The notes: a model not told the origin generated them from the letters alone. Counted from the stretch's first letter, positions 1-8,782 are shown. The stretch is 22,434 nucleotides of DNA from an uncultured delta proteobacterium (GCA_963796685.1 CAWCMR010000002.1:1-22434), one strand, 5' to 3'. Numbers and translations: made by a program.

Positions 1-331
1 CGCCACCGGCACCCACAGCCTGCGCCGCAGCATGCGGTGACTCTGCGTGGCCCGGGTCCATGGCGCCCAATATCGACATCGCGCTTCCGTACGGGGCGTG
101 CGCGCTGATACCCCCGCATGCTCGACACTCGCAAGCGTCCCTTGTGTCTGTGGACCCGGTAGCGGGCCAACGGACGCTTTCAACTGTAGCTGCGAGGGTG
201 GCACCTGGATCTGTCGCATTCGCTCTCTGGGAACAGCGCTCTGCATGCCGTGTCCCGACGCCAACGTGAGCCAGATAGACCAGTCACCCGTCAGTGACGG
301 CCCACAAAACGCAGAGGTTGCGAATCAGTGA
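1..331 (+). CDS. 3' part of a Cys-rich lipoprotein, duplicate of the 6415-7202 cassette gene; 1-bp deletion at 103/104
   Basis: Bases 1-409 match 6871-7280 except one missing A (cgc-gctgata vs cgcagctgata). Same C-terminus ...PQNAEVANQ*. Confidence 0.8.
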
Positions 332-342
332 CCGTTTCCGAC

Positions 343-413
343 GTCGAACAAGGCGTTGCACCTGACGGTCGGCCGCGGACGGCCGCCCGCAGGTGAACGC
401 CATAGCGTTGGGC
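343..413 (+). repeat. attC site (71 bp)
   Basis: R'' GTCGAAC, L'' GTTGCACCTG, central GGCCG..CGGCC stem, L' CAGGTGAAC (one unpaired base in L''), R' GTTGGGC. Confidence 0.9.
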
Positions 414-635
414 AGGCATGAATGCAAAAGGAACCCTCGCTGGAGTCTCTCAGACCGCAGACTCCTCGCGATCAGAACGGATCCGCCTCAAAAGGAGCGT
501 CCATCAATGCGAGCAATTCGACGTGTGGTACTTCTTGTGTTCGTCGTGGCATCTGCGGGTTGCGGCAGTGGCTCGCAGGTAGACAGTGGCCTTCCTGCCG
601 CCGCTAGGGACGCCAGCTCAGGGGCAGACAATTCA

Positions 636-2045
636 GGCTCTCCTGACATCTTCGTAAGGGGAAATATCGTAGGTGCGACGCACGTCGCCGACGGAGATGT
701 GGGCGGCATGAGTTTCGGGTGAGGTGGAGACGAAGTGCGCACGGGCACCTGGGGTATCGTGTGGCTTGTCTAGAACCCACAAGCCCAGGAGCCCATGCGC
801 GCAACCACCCTATTCCGAAACCTACTCCAATTTCCACATACCCGTGTCCTGGCGGTCGAATTCGATCTGCTTGGCATATTGGTGCACGTGGCGCCAACGA
901 CGACCGTTCCCTACTGCTCAGGCTGCGGATGTCGGGTCCATGACGTGTTCGATGCTCGGGCTCGGAACTGGCGGCATCTGGACGCGTGCGGGATGGAGGT
1001 TCTTCTGCGCTACACCCTGCGCAGGGTTGACTGTCCTCGGTGCGGCGTGGTCATCGAGATGGTCCCTTGGGCCGAGCCGAAGGTCGGCTTCACGCGTGAC
1101 TTCGAGGACCACGTGGCCTATCTGGCCCAACAAGCAAGCCAGACGATGGTGGCCGAAACCATGCGCATCGCGTGGCGCACCGTCGGCGCCATCATCCAGC
1201 GGGTGGTGCCGCGGCACCGAATCCTAGCCTTCTCCTCGAGGACCTCGAACACATCGGCGTCGACGAGTTGTCGTACCGGCGGCACCATGAGTACGTCACC
1301 GTCGTTGTCGACCACGTCTCGCAGCGGGTCGTCTGGGCCCACGAGGGCAAGAACGCTGCGACGCTCGGCTGCTTCTTCGACGCTCTCGGCCCGGAACGAA
1401 CCAGCAAGCTCAAGACCGTCACCATCGACATGTCCGCGGCCTACATCGACGCGGTCACCTCGCGAGCGCCACAAGCGCAGATCGTCTTCGACCGCTTCCA
1501 CGTTCAGAGACTCGTGCAGGAAGCACTCGACGAGCTCCGGCGTGCGGAGGTCCGACTCCTGGAGGACACCGACGAACGCGGGCAACTGAAGAAGACCAAG
1601 TACCTTCTGCTCAAGAATCCGTGGAACCTATCCAGGGCCGAGTCTGAGAGGCTGTCGACCCTCCCGAAGACCAATGCCCGACTCTATCGCGGCTACCTGC
1701 TCAAGATCGCCATCTGCGACATCCTCGGTCGTCGCCAGGTCAACGTCGTCAAACAGAAGCTCGAAGAATGGATCAGTTGGGCCAGGCGATCCAGACTACC
1801 TTCCTTCAAGAAGGTCGCCGCGACCATCAAGAAATACCTGGACGGCATCGTGGCCATTGTCGCCACAGGGCTCAATAACGGAAGAACCGAGGGCCTTAAT
1901 GGCAAGATCAGGGTCATCACCCGCAGGGCCTATGGCTTCCACAACGCTCAAGCCCTCATTGGCTTCATCTTCCTCTGCTGCTCAGGCGTTGTCCTTCATC
2001 CCGTCTTCAAGGTGCCCGCGCTTCCATGAAGATGTCAGGAGAGCC
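636..2045 (+). mobile_element. ISL3-family insertion sequence, copy 1 (1410 bp)
   Basis: 18-bp perfect terminal IR GGCTCTCCTGACATCTTC; 8-bp direct repeat ACAATTCA at 628-635 and 2046-2053; ISL3-type transposase inside. Confidence 0.95.
795..2029 (+). pseudogene. ISL3-family transposase, frameshifted at ~1220
   Basis: Zinc finger CSGCG...CPRCG, GVDE, TIDMS, FDRFH and EGLNGKIR motifs. One G is missing relative to copy 2 (caccga-atcc vs caccgagatcc). Confidence 0.9.
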
Positions 2046-2053
2046 ACAATTCA

Positions 2054-3463
2054 GGCTCTCCTGACATCTTCGTAAGGGGAGATCTCGTAGGTGCGACGCA
2101 CGTCGTCGACGGAGATGTGGGCGGCATGAGTTTCGGGTGAGGTGGAGACGAAGTGCGCACGGGCACCTGGGGTATCGTGTGGCTTGTCTAGAACCCACAA
2201 GCCCAGGAGCCCATGCGCGCAACCACCCTATTCCGAAACCTACTCCAATTTCCACATACCCGTGTCCTGGCGGTCGAATTCGATCTGCTTGGCATATTGG
2301 TGTACGTGGCGCCAACGACGACCGTTCCCTACTGCTCAGGCTGCGGATGTCGGGTCCATGACGTGTTCGATGCTCGGGCTCGGAACTGGCGGCATCTGGA
2401 CGCGTGCGGGATGGAGGTTCTTCTGCGCTACACCCTGCGCAGGGTTGACTGTCCTCGGTGCGGCGTGGTCATCGAGATGGTCCCTTGGGCCGAGCCGAAG
2501 GTCGGCTTCACGCGTGACTTCGAGGACCATGTGGCCTATCTGGCCCAACAAGCAAGCCAGACGATGGTGGCCGAAACCATGCGCATCGCGTGGCGCACCG
2601 TCGGCGCCATCATCCAGCGGGTGGTGCCGCGGCACCGAGATCCTAGCCTTCTCCTCGAGGACCTCGAACACATCGGCGTCGACGAGTTGTCGTACCGGCG
2701 GCACCATGAGTACGTCACCGTCGTTGTCGACCACGTCTCGCAGCGGGTCGTCTGGGCCCACGAGGGCAAGAACGCTGCGACGCTCGGCTGCTTCTTCGAC
2801 GCTCTCGGCCCGGAACGAACCAGCAAGCTCAAGACCGTCACCATCGACATGTCCGCGGCCTACATCGACGCGGTCACCTCGCGAGCGCCACAAGCGCAGA
2901 TCGTCTTCGACCGCTTCCACGTTCAGAGACTCGTGCAGGAAGCACTCGACGAGTCCGGCATGCGGAGGTCCGACTCCTGGAGGACACCGACGAACGCGGG
3001 CAACTGAAGAAGACCAAGTACCTTCTGCTCAAGAATCCGTGGAACCTATCCAGGGCCGAGTCTGAGAGGCTTTCGACCCTCCCGAAGACCAATGCCCGAC
3101 TCTATCGCGGCTACCTGCTCAAGATCGCCATCTGCGACATCCTCGGTCGTCGCCAGGTCAACGTCGTCAAACAGAAGCTCGAAGAATGGATCAGTTGGGC
3201 CAGGCGATCCAGACTACCTTCCTTCAAGAAGGTCGCCGCGACCATCAAGAAATACCTGGACGGCATCGTGGCCATTGTCGCCACAGGGCTCAATAACGGA
3301 AGAACCGAGGGCCTTAATGGCAAAATCAGGGTCATCACCCGCAGGGCCTATGGCTTCCACAACGCTCAAGCCCTCATTGGCTTCATCTTCCTCTGCTGCT
3401 CAGGCGTTGTCCTTCATCCCGTCTTCAAGGTGCCCGCGCTTCCATGAAGATGTCAGGAGAGCC
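2054..3463 (+). mobile_element. ISL3-family insertion sequence, copy 2 (1410 bp)
   Basis: Same IRs; flanked by ACAATTCA at 2046-2053 and 3464-3471. Confidence 0.95.
2213..3447 (+). pseudogene. ISL3-family transposase, frameshifted at ~2953
   Basis: Near-identical to copy 1. One C is missing (gag-tccgg vs gagctccgg). TGA overlaps the right IR. Confidence 0.9.
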
Positions 3464-3928
3464 ACAATTCAGGCGGCTCGGCCGACGCAGTCTTCGCGTC
3501 CGATGAAGCTGTCTACGACATCGACAGCCGAGCCGGTGGTCAGTCCAAGACCGACGCACCGCTGTCGCATGGCTGCGCCGATCCTGAGTCGCTTGCACGC
3601 CACGCGGCTTGTGTGTTGGCCCAGGATGAGCCGTCCTGCTTCGACAGCGGTGGATACTGGATTTGGCTGGGCTGCATGGACTGTGGTGGCACATGCGAAT
3701 GTCGTACCTTTGATGATTCTGACTGCGTCTGTACGCAAGCGAGCGACTGCTTCAACTATTGCCTGTGGAGTCCGGCCGATCCGCTGCTGACGCTGGATCT
3801 TGCAGCTTGCACAAAAATTGCCCAAGGCAGGTGCGATGCGTGGCCGGACGTGAACGGGTGGATTATGATCGACACGCCGGGCACCTGCGTGGCCAGTCCG
3901 GTCCGAGACCACTAGATTCGAGGTAGCT

Positions 3929-4033
3929 GCCCAACAAGCCGTTGCAGCGGACGCAGTCGCCGCAGGGAAATTGGAGTAACATCAACGAACCGCTCGTGCG
4001 GCGCCCGCGCCGCTGAACGGCAAGGCGTTCGGC
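3929..4033 (+). repeat. attC site (105 bp)
   Basis: R'' GCCCAAC, L'' GTTGCAGCGG / L' CCGCTGAAC, R' GTTCGGC. CTGCCCAAC is the reverse complement of GTTGGGCAG at 407, the start of this cassette. Confidence 0.9.
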
Positions 4034-4078
4034 GGACAAAGTTCGGAGACTACACGACGGTCTGGTCAGAGGTTCGGC

Positions 4079-4505
4079 CTATGGCCCGATATCCGGAACG
4101 AGCGTGCACCCAAGGCAATAGGAGAGAGCCCAGGTCAGCGGCCGCACTGCGCATGGTGGAATGCTGATGTCGCCCGAATAGTTATCGCCGCAGTCGCACT
4201 CCTCCTGTCCGTTGAGGATGCCATCGCCACAGCGATTGACTCTGCATCGGGTGCTGCATCCGCCGTAGTTCGTGTCGCTGTTCGCGGTACCGTTGTCACA
4301 CTCCTCAGCGCCGGAGATGATGCCGTCGCCGCAGTAGGGGGCTATGTTCGCGTTGTCTCCACCGCTATCGATGGAAGCCTCTTGGAGGTTGGCATCGGAG
4401 ATCGGATCCGAGGCTGCGATAAAGTCCAGCACCCCGGTCGCATCGGGCGGCAGCTCTGGGGCTGAGAAGAGGTCAGGGTTCCTAGCCTCATCCCTAGGCG
4501 TGGCT
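4079..4505 (-). pseudogene. Myxococcus cysteine-rich repeat (DUF4215-like) protein, 5'-truncated at the IS4 end
   Basis: Two CGDG-x(6)-ECD repeats (CGDGIISGAEECDNG, CGDGILNGQEECDCG). The frame stays open up to the IS boundary at 4505/4506 and no signal peptide remains. Confidence 0.75.
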
Positions 4506-5961
4506 CATAGGTAGGATCTTAATTCCTCAATGAAATCGATCACTTACTGAACGGATGTTCAAGGTAGTTGCAGAAGACACAGGAATCCTCCTACACATTC
4601 GTTTGCGAAGACAAACGCGAGGAGGTTCCCTGTGCCCAAGAGAGACATTGCCACAATCGAGGCGGAGACACTCAGCCAAAAGCTACAGCAGGTTCTCAGC
4701 GATGCCGAGGTGGAGAAGGTGGCTCGCCGGTGTGGCTTTCTTCGACGGCGCCGTGAAATCGCCCCGGCCGCGCTTCTTATAGCCTGCATCTCGGCATTGG
4801 GGGCAGGCACGGCTGCGTGGCTCGCGGACATCCTGCGCGCCTTCAACGCGTTCACCGGCAAGGCTGTTCGCTACAAGCCTTTCCACAACCAACTGAGCAA
4901 ACGGCGATTCCCCATCTTCATGCACGCCATTCTCGAACAGGCGCTCGCGAAGCTGACGGCACCTGTGCTTGAGAGTTTGCCCAAGGGCAAGCTGGCTCAG
5001 TTCTCGGAGATCCTGTGCCATGACGGCACCTCGTTTGCGCTCAAAGACACTCTGGCCAGAAAGTGGCCCGGCCGCTTCACGAAGGTGACCCCAGCGGCAG
5101 TGGAGCTCCACGTAACCATGAGCGTCTTGAGGGACAATCCCGTCGCCATTACGCTGGCCCCTGACAAGGAAAGCGAACGCCCATTCGCCCCCAAAGCGGC
5201 GTCTCTCAAAAATCGCCTGGTCCTCGAGGACCGTGGATTCGAGGATCGCGTTGTCTTTGCAGACACTCTCGACGCCGGAGGATTCTTCATCGTTCGCGGC
5301 AAAAAGAACAGCCGACCAATCATCCGAAGTGCTCGCGACAAGAATGGCAGGCGTATCCCTCGTCTCGAGGGCAAGCGACTCAAGTGGCGTGTACTGCCTC
5401 GTCATACGGTCGACCTAGAAATCGAGTGGAAGATCAACGCCCGCAGGACCTACTGTGGTCGTCTCGTTGCCATCTACATCGAAGGAAAACGCAACAAGAA
5501 GGGCTACACCTATCTGCACACGAATCTGTCGAGAGCGACCTTCACCGCTCACGAAGTAGGCAGAGTCTACAGACTCAGATGGCAGATTGAGCTCCTCTTC
5601 AAGGAATGGAAGTCCTACGCAAATCTCCACAAATTCGACACGGCCAAGTCACCCATCGCCGAGGGCCTGATCTGGGCAAGCCTGCTTGCCGCGACCATCA
5701 AACGAGCGCTCACCCACGCCGCAGAACACGCATGCGGTATTCCACTGTCCACCCAGCGCGCAGCCTGCTCTGCCAAGCATTTCCTCGACGCGATCCTGCT
5801 ATCCATCCTCGAATCTGCCGCGCAGCTCCTGTCGCATATCCGTTCTGCCTTCACTTTCCTCGCGGAAAACGCACCTCGTGCGCATCCCAAACGCGATCAG
5901 GGAATGGGGCGCCTTGCGATGGGATTACGCCATTCCGCCACCGCTTAAGTACCTACCTATG
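4506..5961 (+). mobile_element. IS4-family insertion sequence (1456 bp), no target-site duplication
   Basis: 17-bp IR CATAGGTAGGATCTTAA / TTAAGTACCTACCTATG (2 mismatches) with 5'-CAT ends; flanks ...GCGTGGCT and TACTTCGA... are unrelated. Confidence 0.88.
4632..5948 (+). CDS. IS4-family DDE transposase (438 aa)
   Basis: HDGTS, EDRGF and YRLRWQIELLFKEWKS (YREK signature) motifs; GGAGG before the GTG start. Confidence 0.92.
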   Translation: MPKRDIATIEAETLSQKLQQVLSDAEVEKVARRCGFLRRRREIAPAALLIACISALGAGTAAWLADILRAFNAFTGKAVRYKPFHNQLSKRRFPIFMHAILEQALAKLTAPVLESLPKGKLAQFSEILCHDGTSFALKDTLARKWPGRFTKVTPAAVELHVTMSVLRDNPVAITLAPDKESERPFAPKAASLKNRLVLEDRGFEDRVVFADTLDAGGFFIVRGKKNSRPIIRSARDKNGRRIPRLEGKRLKWRVLPRHTVDLEIEWKINARRTYCGRLVAIYIEGKRNKKGYTYLHTNLSRATFTAHEVGRVYRLRWQIELLFKEWKSYANLHKFDTAKSPIAEGLIWASLLAATIKRALTHAAEHACGIPLSTQRAACSAKHFLDAILLSILESAAQLLSHIRSAFTFLAENAPRAHPKRDQGMGRLAMGLRHSATA

Positions 5962-6216
5962 TACTTCGATTACCTGCCAACCATCGATTTGATTCCGGAC
6001 AGTTTCAAGTCACATGCATTCCAGATGGTGTTGCGGACTTGTCTGGACCGTATTGGGCGACACGATTGGTCGAGTTCGTCTCATCCGTTTCATGGAGCAG
6101 CCCTGGCCGGCTTTGGCGAAATTCCCTCGGCTTGCAAGTACGACTTCTCCCCGCGCACGACCGCGTCTGCCCTTCGGAATGGTGATGAGCACGAGGATCA
6201 CAGTGACGGCGCCTAA
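5962..6216 (+). pseudogene. 3' remnant of a cassette ORF, 5' end lost at the IS4 boundary
   Basis: Open frame from the IS end to a TAA lying inside the R'' box (GCCTAAC), the usual position for a cassette gene stop. Confidence 0.45.
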
Positions 6217-6315
6217 CAAGCCGTTGCAGCTGACAATCCCGCCGCAGGGACATCGGTGTAGAATCGAGACGCCGACGCGGCGGCGGGCTTGCTGCTGAAC
6301 GGCAAGGCGTTCGAC
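6211..6315 (+). repeat. attC site (105 bp)
   Basis: R'' GCCTAAC, L'' GTTGCAGC / L' GCTGAAC, inner CCCGCCGC/GCGGCGGG stem, R' GTTCGAC. Confidence 0.9.
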
Positions 6316-6384
6316 GGACGACGCCAGGTAGGGCGCTAATGACACGGCGATACGCAAGGGGACCTTGAAATTTCTACGCATCTA

Positions 6385-6400
6385 CGGCACACCACTTGCT
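6385..6400 (+). promoter_or_regulatory. Putative sigma54 (-24/-12) promoter inside a cassette
   Basis: CGGCACACCACTTGCT fits the GGCAC-N5-TTGCW consensus with GG-N10-GC spacing, just upstream of ATG6415. Confidence 0.5.
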
Positions 6401-6414
6401 ACGTTGGCTTACTT

Positions 6415-7202
6415 ATGACAAAGACCCTAGTCTTCTGCGAAAAAGCGCACTCCAAACGCGACATTGCGATCACGGTTTCGTTTGCGTCGGCGCTCTTTTT
6501 GTCGGCCTGTGGATCGTCGGGGGGAATTCGGACGGCGGCCCATGTCCAGCTGGGCAGGTCCTTCGCTATGAATCGCCGGGTTGTGGTGCTGCCGCAACAC
6601 CAGTCTGTGGATCAAGTGAGCAGGACGCTTGCTATCGAGCTGTGTGCGGTTGCCAGGGACAAACCATTTCTCGCTGTGATTACGCCCCTGAGCCGTTCTC
6701 TGCTTTCGGTGCATGTCCGATGCCCGACGCCGGCGTGGATCTGGCAGTGGACCGGGCCAATGACATCGGCATCGACGAGCAAGACGTTGGGGTCGACGGA
6801 CCGATCGTATGTCGAGGACCGTCACCCTACTATGGGCCGACGTCCGTCTTTTCAGTCCTTCCCAATGATACGCCACCGGCACCCACAGCCTGCGCCGCAG
6901 CATGCGGTGACTCTGCGTGGCCCGGGTCCATGGCGCCCAATATCGACATCGCGCTTCCGTACGGGGCGTGCGCAGCTGATACCCCCGCATGCTCGACACT
7001 CGCAAGCGTCCCTTGTGTCTGTGGACCCGGTAGCGGGCCAACGGACGCTTTCAACTGTAGCTGCGAGGGTGGCACCTGGATCTGTCGCATTCGCTCTCTG
7101 GGAACAGCGCTCTGCATGCCGTGTCCCGACGCCAACGTGAGCCAGATAGACCAGTCACCCGTCAGTGACGGCCCACAAAACGCAGAGGTTGCGAATCAGT
7201 GA
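6415..7202 (+). CDS. Cys-rich lipoprotein (~262 aa if the G6 run at 6519-6524 is G7); apparent frameshift
   Basis: The 6415 frame gives a signal peptide and lipobox (...SFASALFLSA-C-GSSGG). The 6396 frame gives the Cys-rich body (NSDGGPCPAGQ...VCGCQGQT...CSCEGGTWIC). One extra G joins the two. Confidence 0.75.
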
Positions 7203-7213
7203 CCGTTTCCGAC

Positions 7214-7284
7214 GTCGAACAAGGCGTTGCACCTGACGGTCGGCCGCGGACGGCCGCCCGCAGGTGAACGCCATAGCGTTCGGC
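7214..7284 (+). repeat. attC site (71 bp), identical to 343-409 up to GTT
   Basis: R'' GTCGAAC complements GTTCGAC at 6309; R' GTTCGGC. Confidence 0.9.
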
Positions 7285-7313
7285 AGACTCGACCACCATT
7301 TCAGGAGGATTCG

Positions 7314-7985
7314 ATGGGATTCTTTTCGCGACTCTTCGGGAAGGCAGAGAATCCGCAGACTGATGTGGCCTGGGTTCCAGTGGTCACATCGAGCTCCGAT
7401 GTACAGACCTACTTCGGGCTTCTCGATCGGATTCGCAGCAGGCAGTCTGCGCACGACTACCTTCGGATGTTGGAGTGCTGCGCACAAAGCCTTCCGTTCT
7501 TGCCTTCGCTCGTGTCCGACACCAAGAAACAGTTCGGTGAGTTTGACATCTGCTCCATCCCCGCGATCGAAGTCGGGTGTAGGTACTGGGCTGCCCTGCA
7601 AGACGGCGCGAAACTGCGACAAGTAGCTGAGGTTGTGAAGCGCGTTCCTGCCCTGAAGGAGGGCTGGGGCGACATCGTCGACGACGCCTTCGCTGACATG
7701 GCGCTCGCAGCGCAGATAGAGACCTGCATCGCGCAGAACCCTGGTCTGCTCCAGACGAAGCTGGGTAAGGCTGTCGGCGCGCCCGGCAGGGACACGTCAC
7801 GCATCGTTGCCACCCTCGAGAATCTCGGCCGCCTCGTGCGAAGGCGCGCGGGAAAGACCTCCGAGCTTCGAGTCGCAAGCAGCGAAGCCCAGTCGGGTTC
7901 CGTATCGCCCGGGCCCAGCGAAGGAGCTGCCCAACAAGGCGTTGCACCTGACGGTCGGTCGCCTGCGGCTCCCGCCCGCAGGTGA
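7314..7985 (+). CDS. Hypothetical protein (223 aa) with probable C-terminal winged-helix domain
   Basis: AGGAGG SD before ATG7314. The segment IAQNPGLLQTKLGKAVG...TSRIVATLENLGRLVRRRAGKTSEL resembles a wHTH. The ORF stops inside attC. Confidence 0.75.
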   Translation: MGFFSRLFGKAENPQTDVAWVPVVTSSSDVQTYFGLLDRIRSRQSAHDYLRMLECCAQSLPFLPSLVSDTKKQFGEFDICSIPAIEVGCRYWAALQDGAKLRQVAEVVKRVPALKEGWGDIVDDAFADMALAAQIETCIAQNPGLLQTKLGKAVGAPGRDTSRIVATLENLGRLVRRRAGKTSELRVASSEAQSGSVSPGPSEGAAQQGVAPDGRSPAAPARR

Positions 7986-8002
7986 ACGCCAAACCGTTCG
8001 AC
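7929..8002 (+). repeat. attC site (74 bp)
   Basis: R'' GCCCAAC, L'' GTTGCACCTG / L' CAGGTGAAC, R' GTTCGAC; same subfamily as the sites at 343 and 7214. Confidence 0.9.
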
Positions 8003-8369
8003 AATCATCCTGCCGTAGTTTGAGGAAACTGAGTGCTGGCGGTGAAGTGGCAGCGGCTCTTGGCAGTGGTGTCAGTTCACGGCGTGCTGGCGTTGGCGGC
8101 GAAGTTCACGTCAACAGCGGCGACTGCGCTGGCGCCGACTTGCCGCTGGCGGAAATCGTCGCGGCTTTGGTTGGACCATCTGCGCTCGGTTGGTTGATCT
8201 CACGGGCGGGCCACCGGGAGGTGCGAGGTTCATCTCTTGGCCGGCGGAAATTTGCAACCATCCGAGGCCGTTCGAGCACGACCATCGTCTCGTCGGCCGC
8301 GAAAGCACGGTGACCGAGATCGTCTTGCTGGCCGAGGGCAGCGAAGGCTTCGCAAGGCGGCTTGATGTT

Positions 8370-8432
8370 GTCGAACATGCCGATGAAGCTGACGAAGGCC
8401 TGTCAACTCTTCTGCGGCGATCGCGTAGCCGG
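8370..8432 (+). repeat. Truncated attC (left half only)
   Basis: GTCGAAC-ATGCC-GATGAAGCTGAC. TTGTCGAAC is the reverse complement of GTTCGACAA at 7996. No L'/R' follows. Confidence 0.65.
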
Positions 8433-8479
8433 GGCCGCGCGGCTTTTGAGATGAACGAAAAGCCGGTGGACCAGTAACA

Positions 8480-8764
8480 ATGCAGCAGCACTGTATGAAT
8501 ACTCTCGGACAGCTCCCACAAGGCATGCCCCCCCAACAGCTTGCAGGGCTAGTTTTCGAGTACAACCCGAGAAACCTCCCGCCCCTGGATCTCTCGAAGA
8601 TAACGCGCGATGCGCAAGGGAATGTCGAGCTTCCGAAGGACTGCTATCAGCCTCTTCCCATTCGAATCGATGGGGAGACGTACTTCGTCGAGATGCTCGC
8701 GCTTGATGCGGATGACACGGAGGAAGATCCAGACATTGACGTCGACGAACTACTCAGCGAGTGA
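8480..8764 (+). CDS. Small acidic hypothetical protein (cassette gene; true start may be ATG8451 with a 1-bp deletion at ~8471)
   Basis: 94-aa ORF with natural-looking composition and an acidic tail, ending 18 bp before the next R'' box. Confidence 0.65.
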   Translation: MQQHCMNTLGQLPQGMPPQQLAGLVFEYNPRNLPPLDLSKITRDAQGNVELPKDCYQPLPIRIDGETYFVEMLALDADDTEEDPDIDVDELLSE

Positions 8765-8782
8765 CTACTATCCGGCGATGCG

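Larger units (their letters stand above)
507..3915 (+). pseudogene. Cys-rich lipoprotein cassette gene (190 aa when rejoined), interrupted by two ISL3 copies
   Basis: AAGGAG upstream of ATG507; signal peptide and lipobox MRAIRRVVLLVFVVASAG-C. Joining 507-635 to 3472-3915 gives one continuous frame (...GADNS|GGSADAVF...CMDCGGTCECRTFDDSDCVC...VRDH*). Confidence 0.85.

Noticed and set aside
795-3447. Programmed frameshifting in the ISL3 transposases
   Set aside because: The two copies shift at different positions, neither at a slippery motif, and ISL3 transposases are normally single ORFs.
636-3463. Composite transposon
   Set aside because: Only the 8-bp target sequence lies between the copies; there is no cargo.
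6256-6265. TAGAAT in the loops of the long attCs (also near 9488) as an attC-borne promoter
   Set aside because: There is no correctly spaced -35 and no TGn extension; too weak to call.
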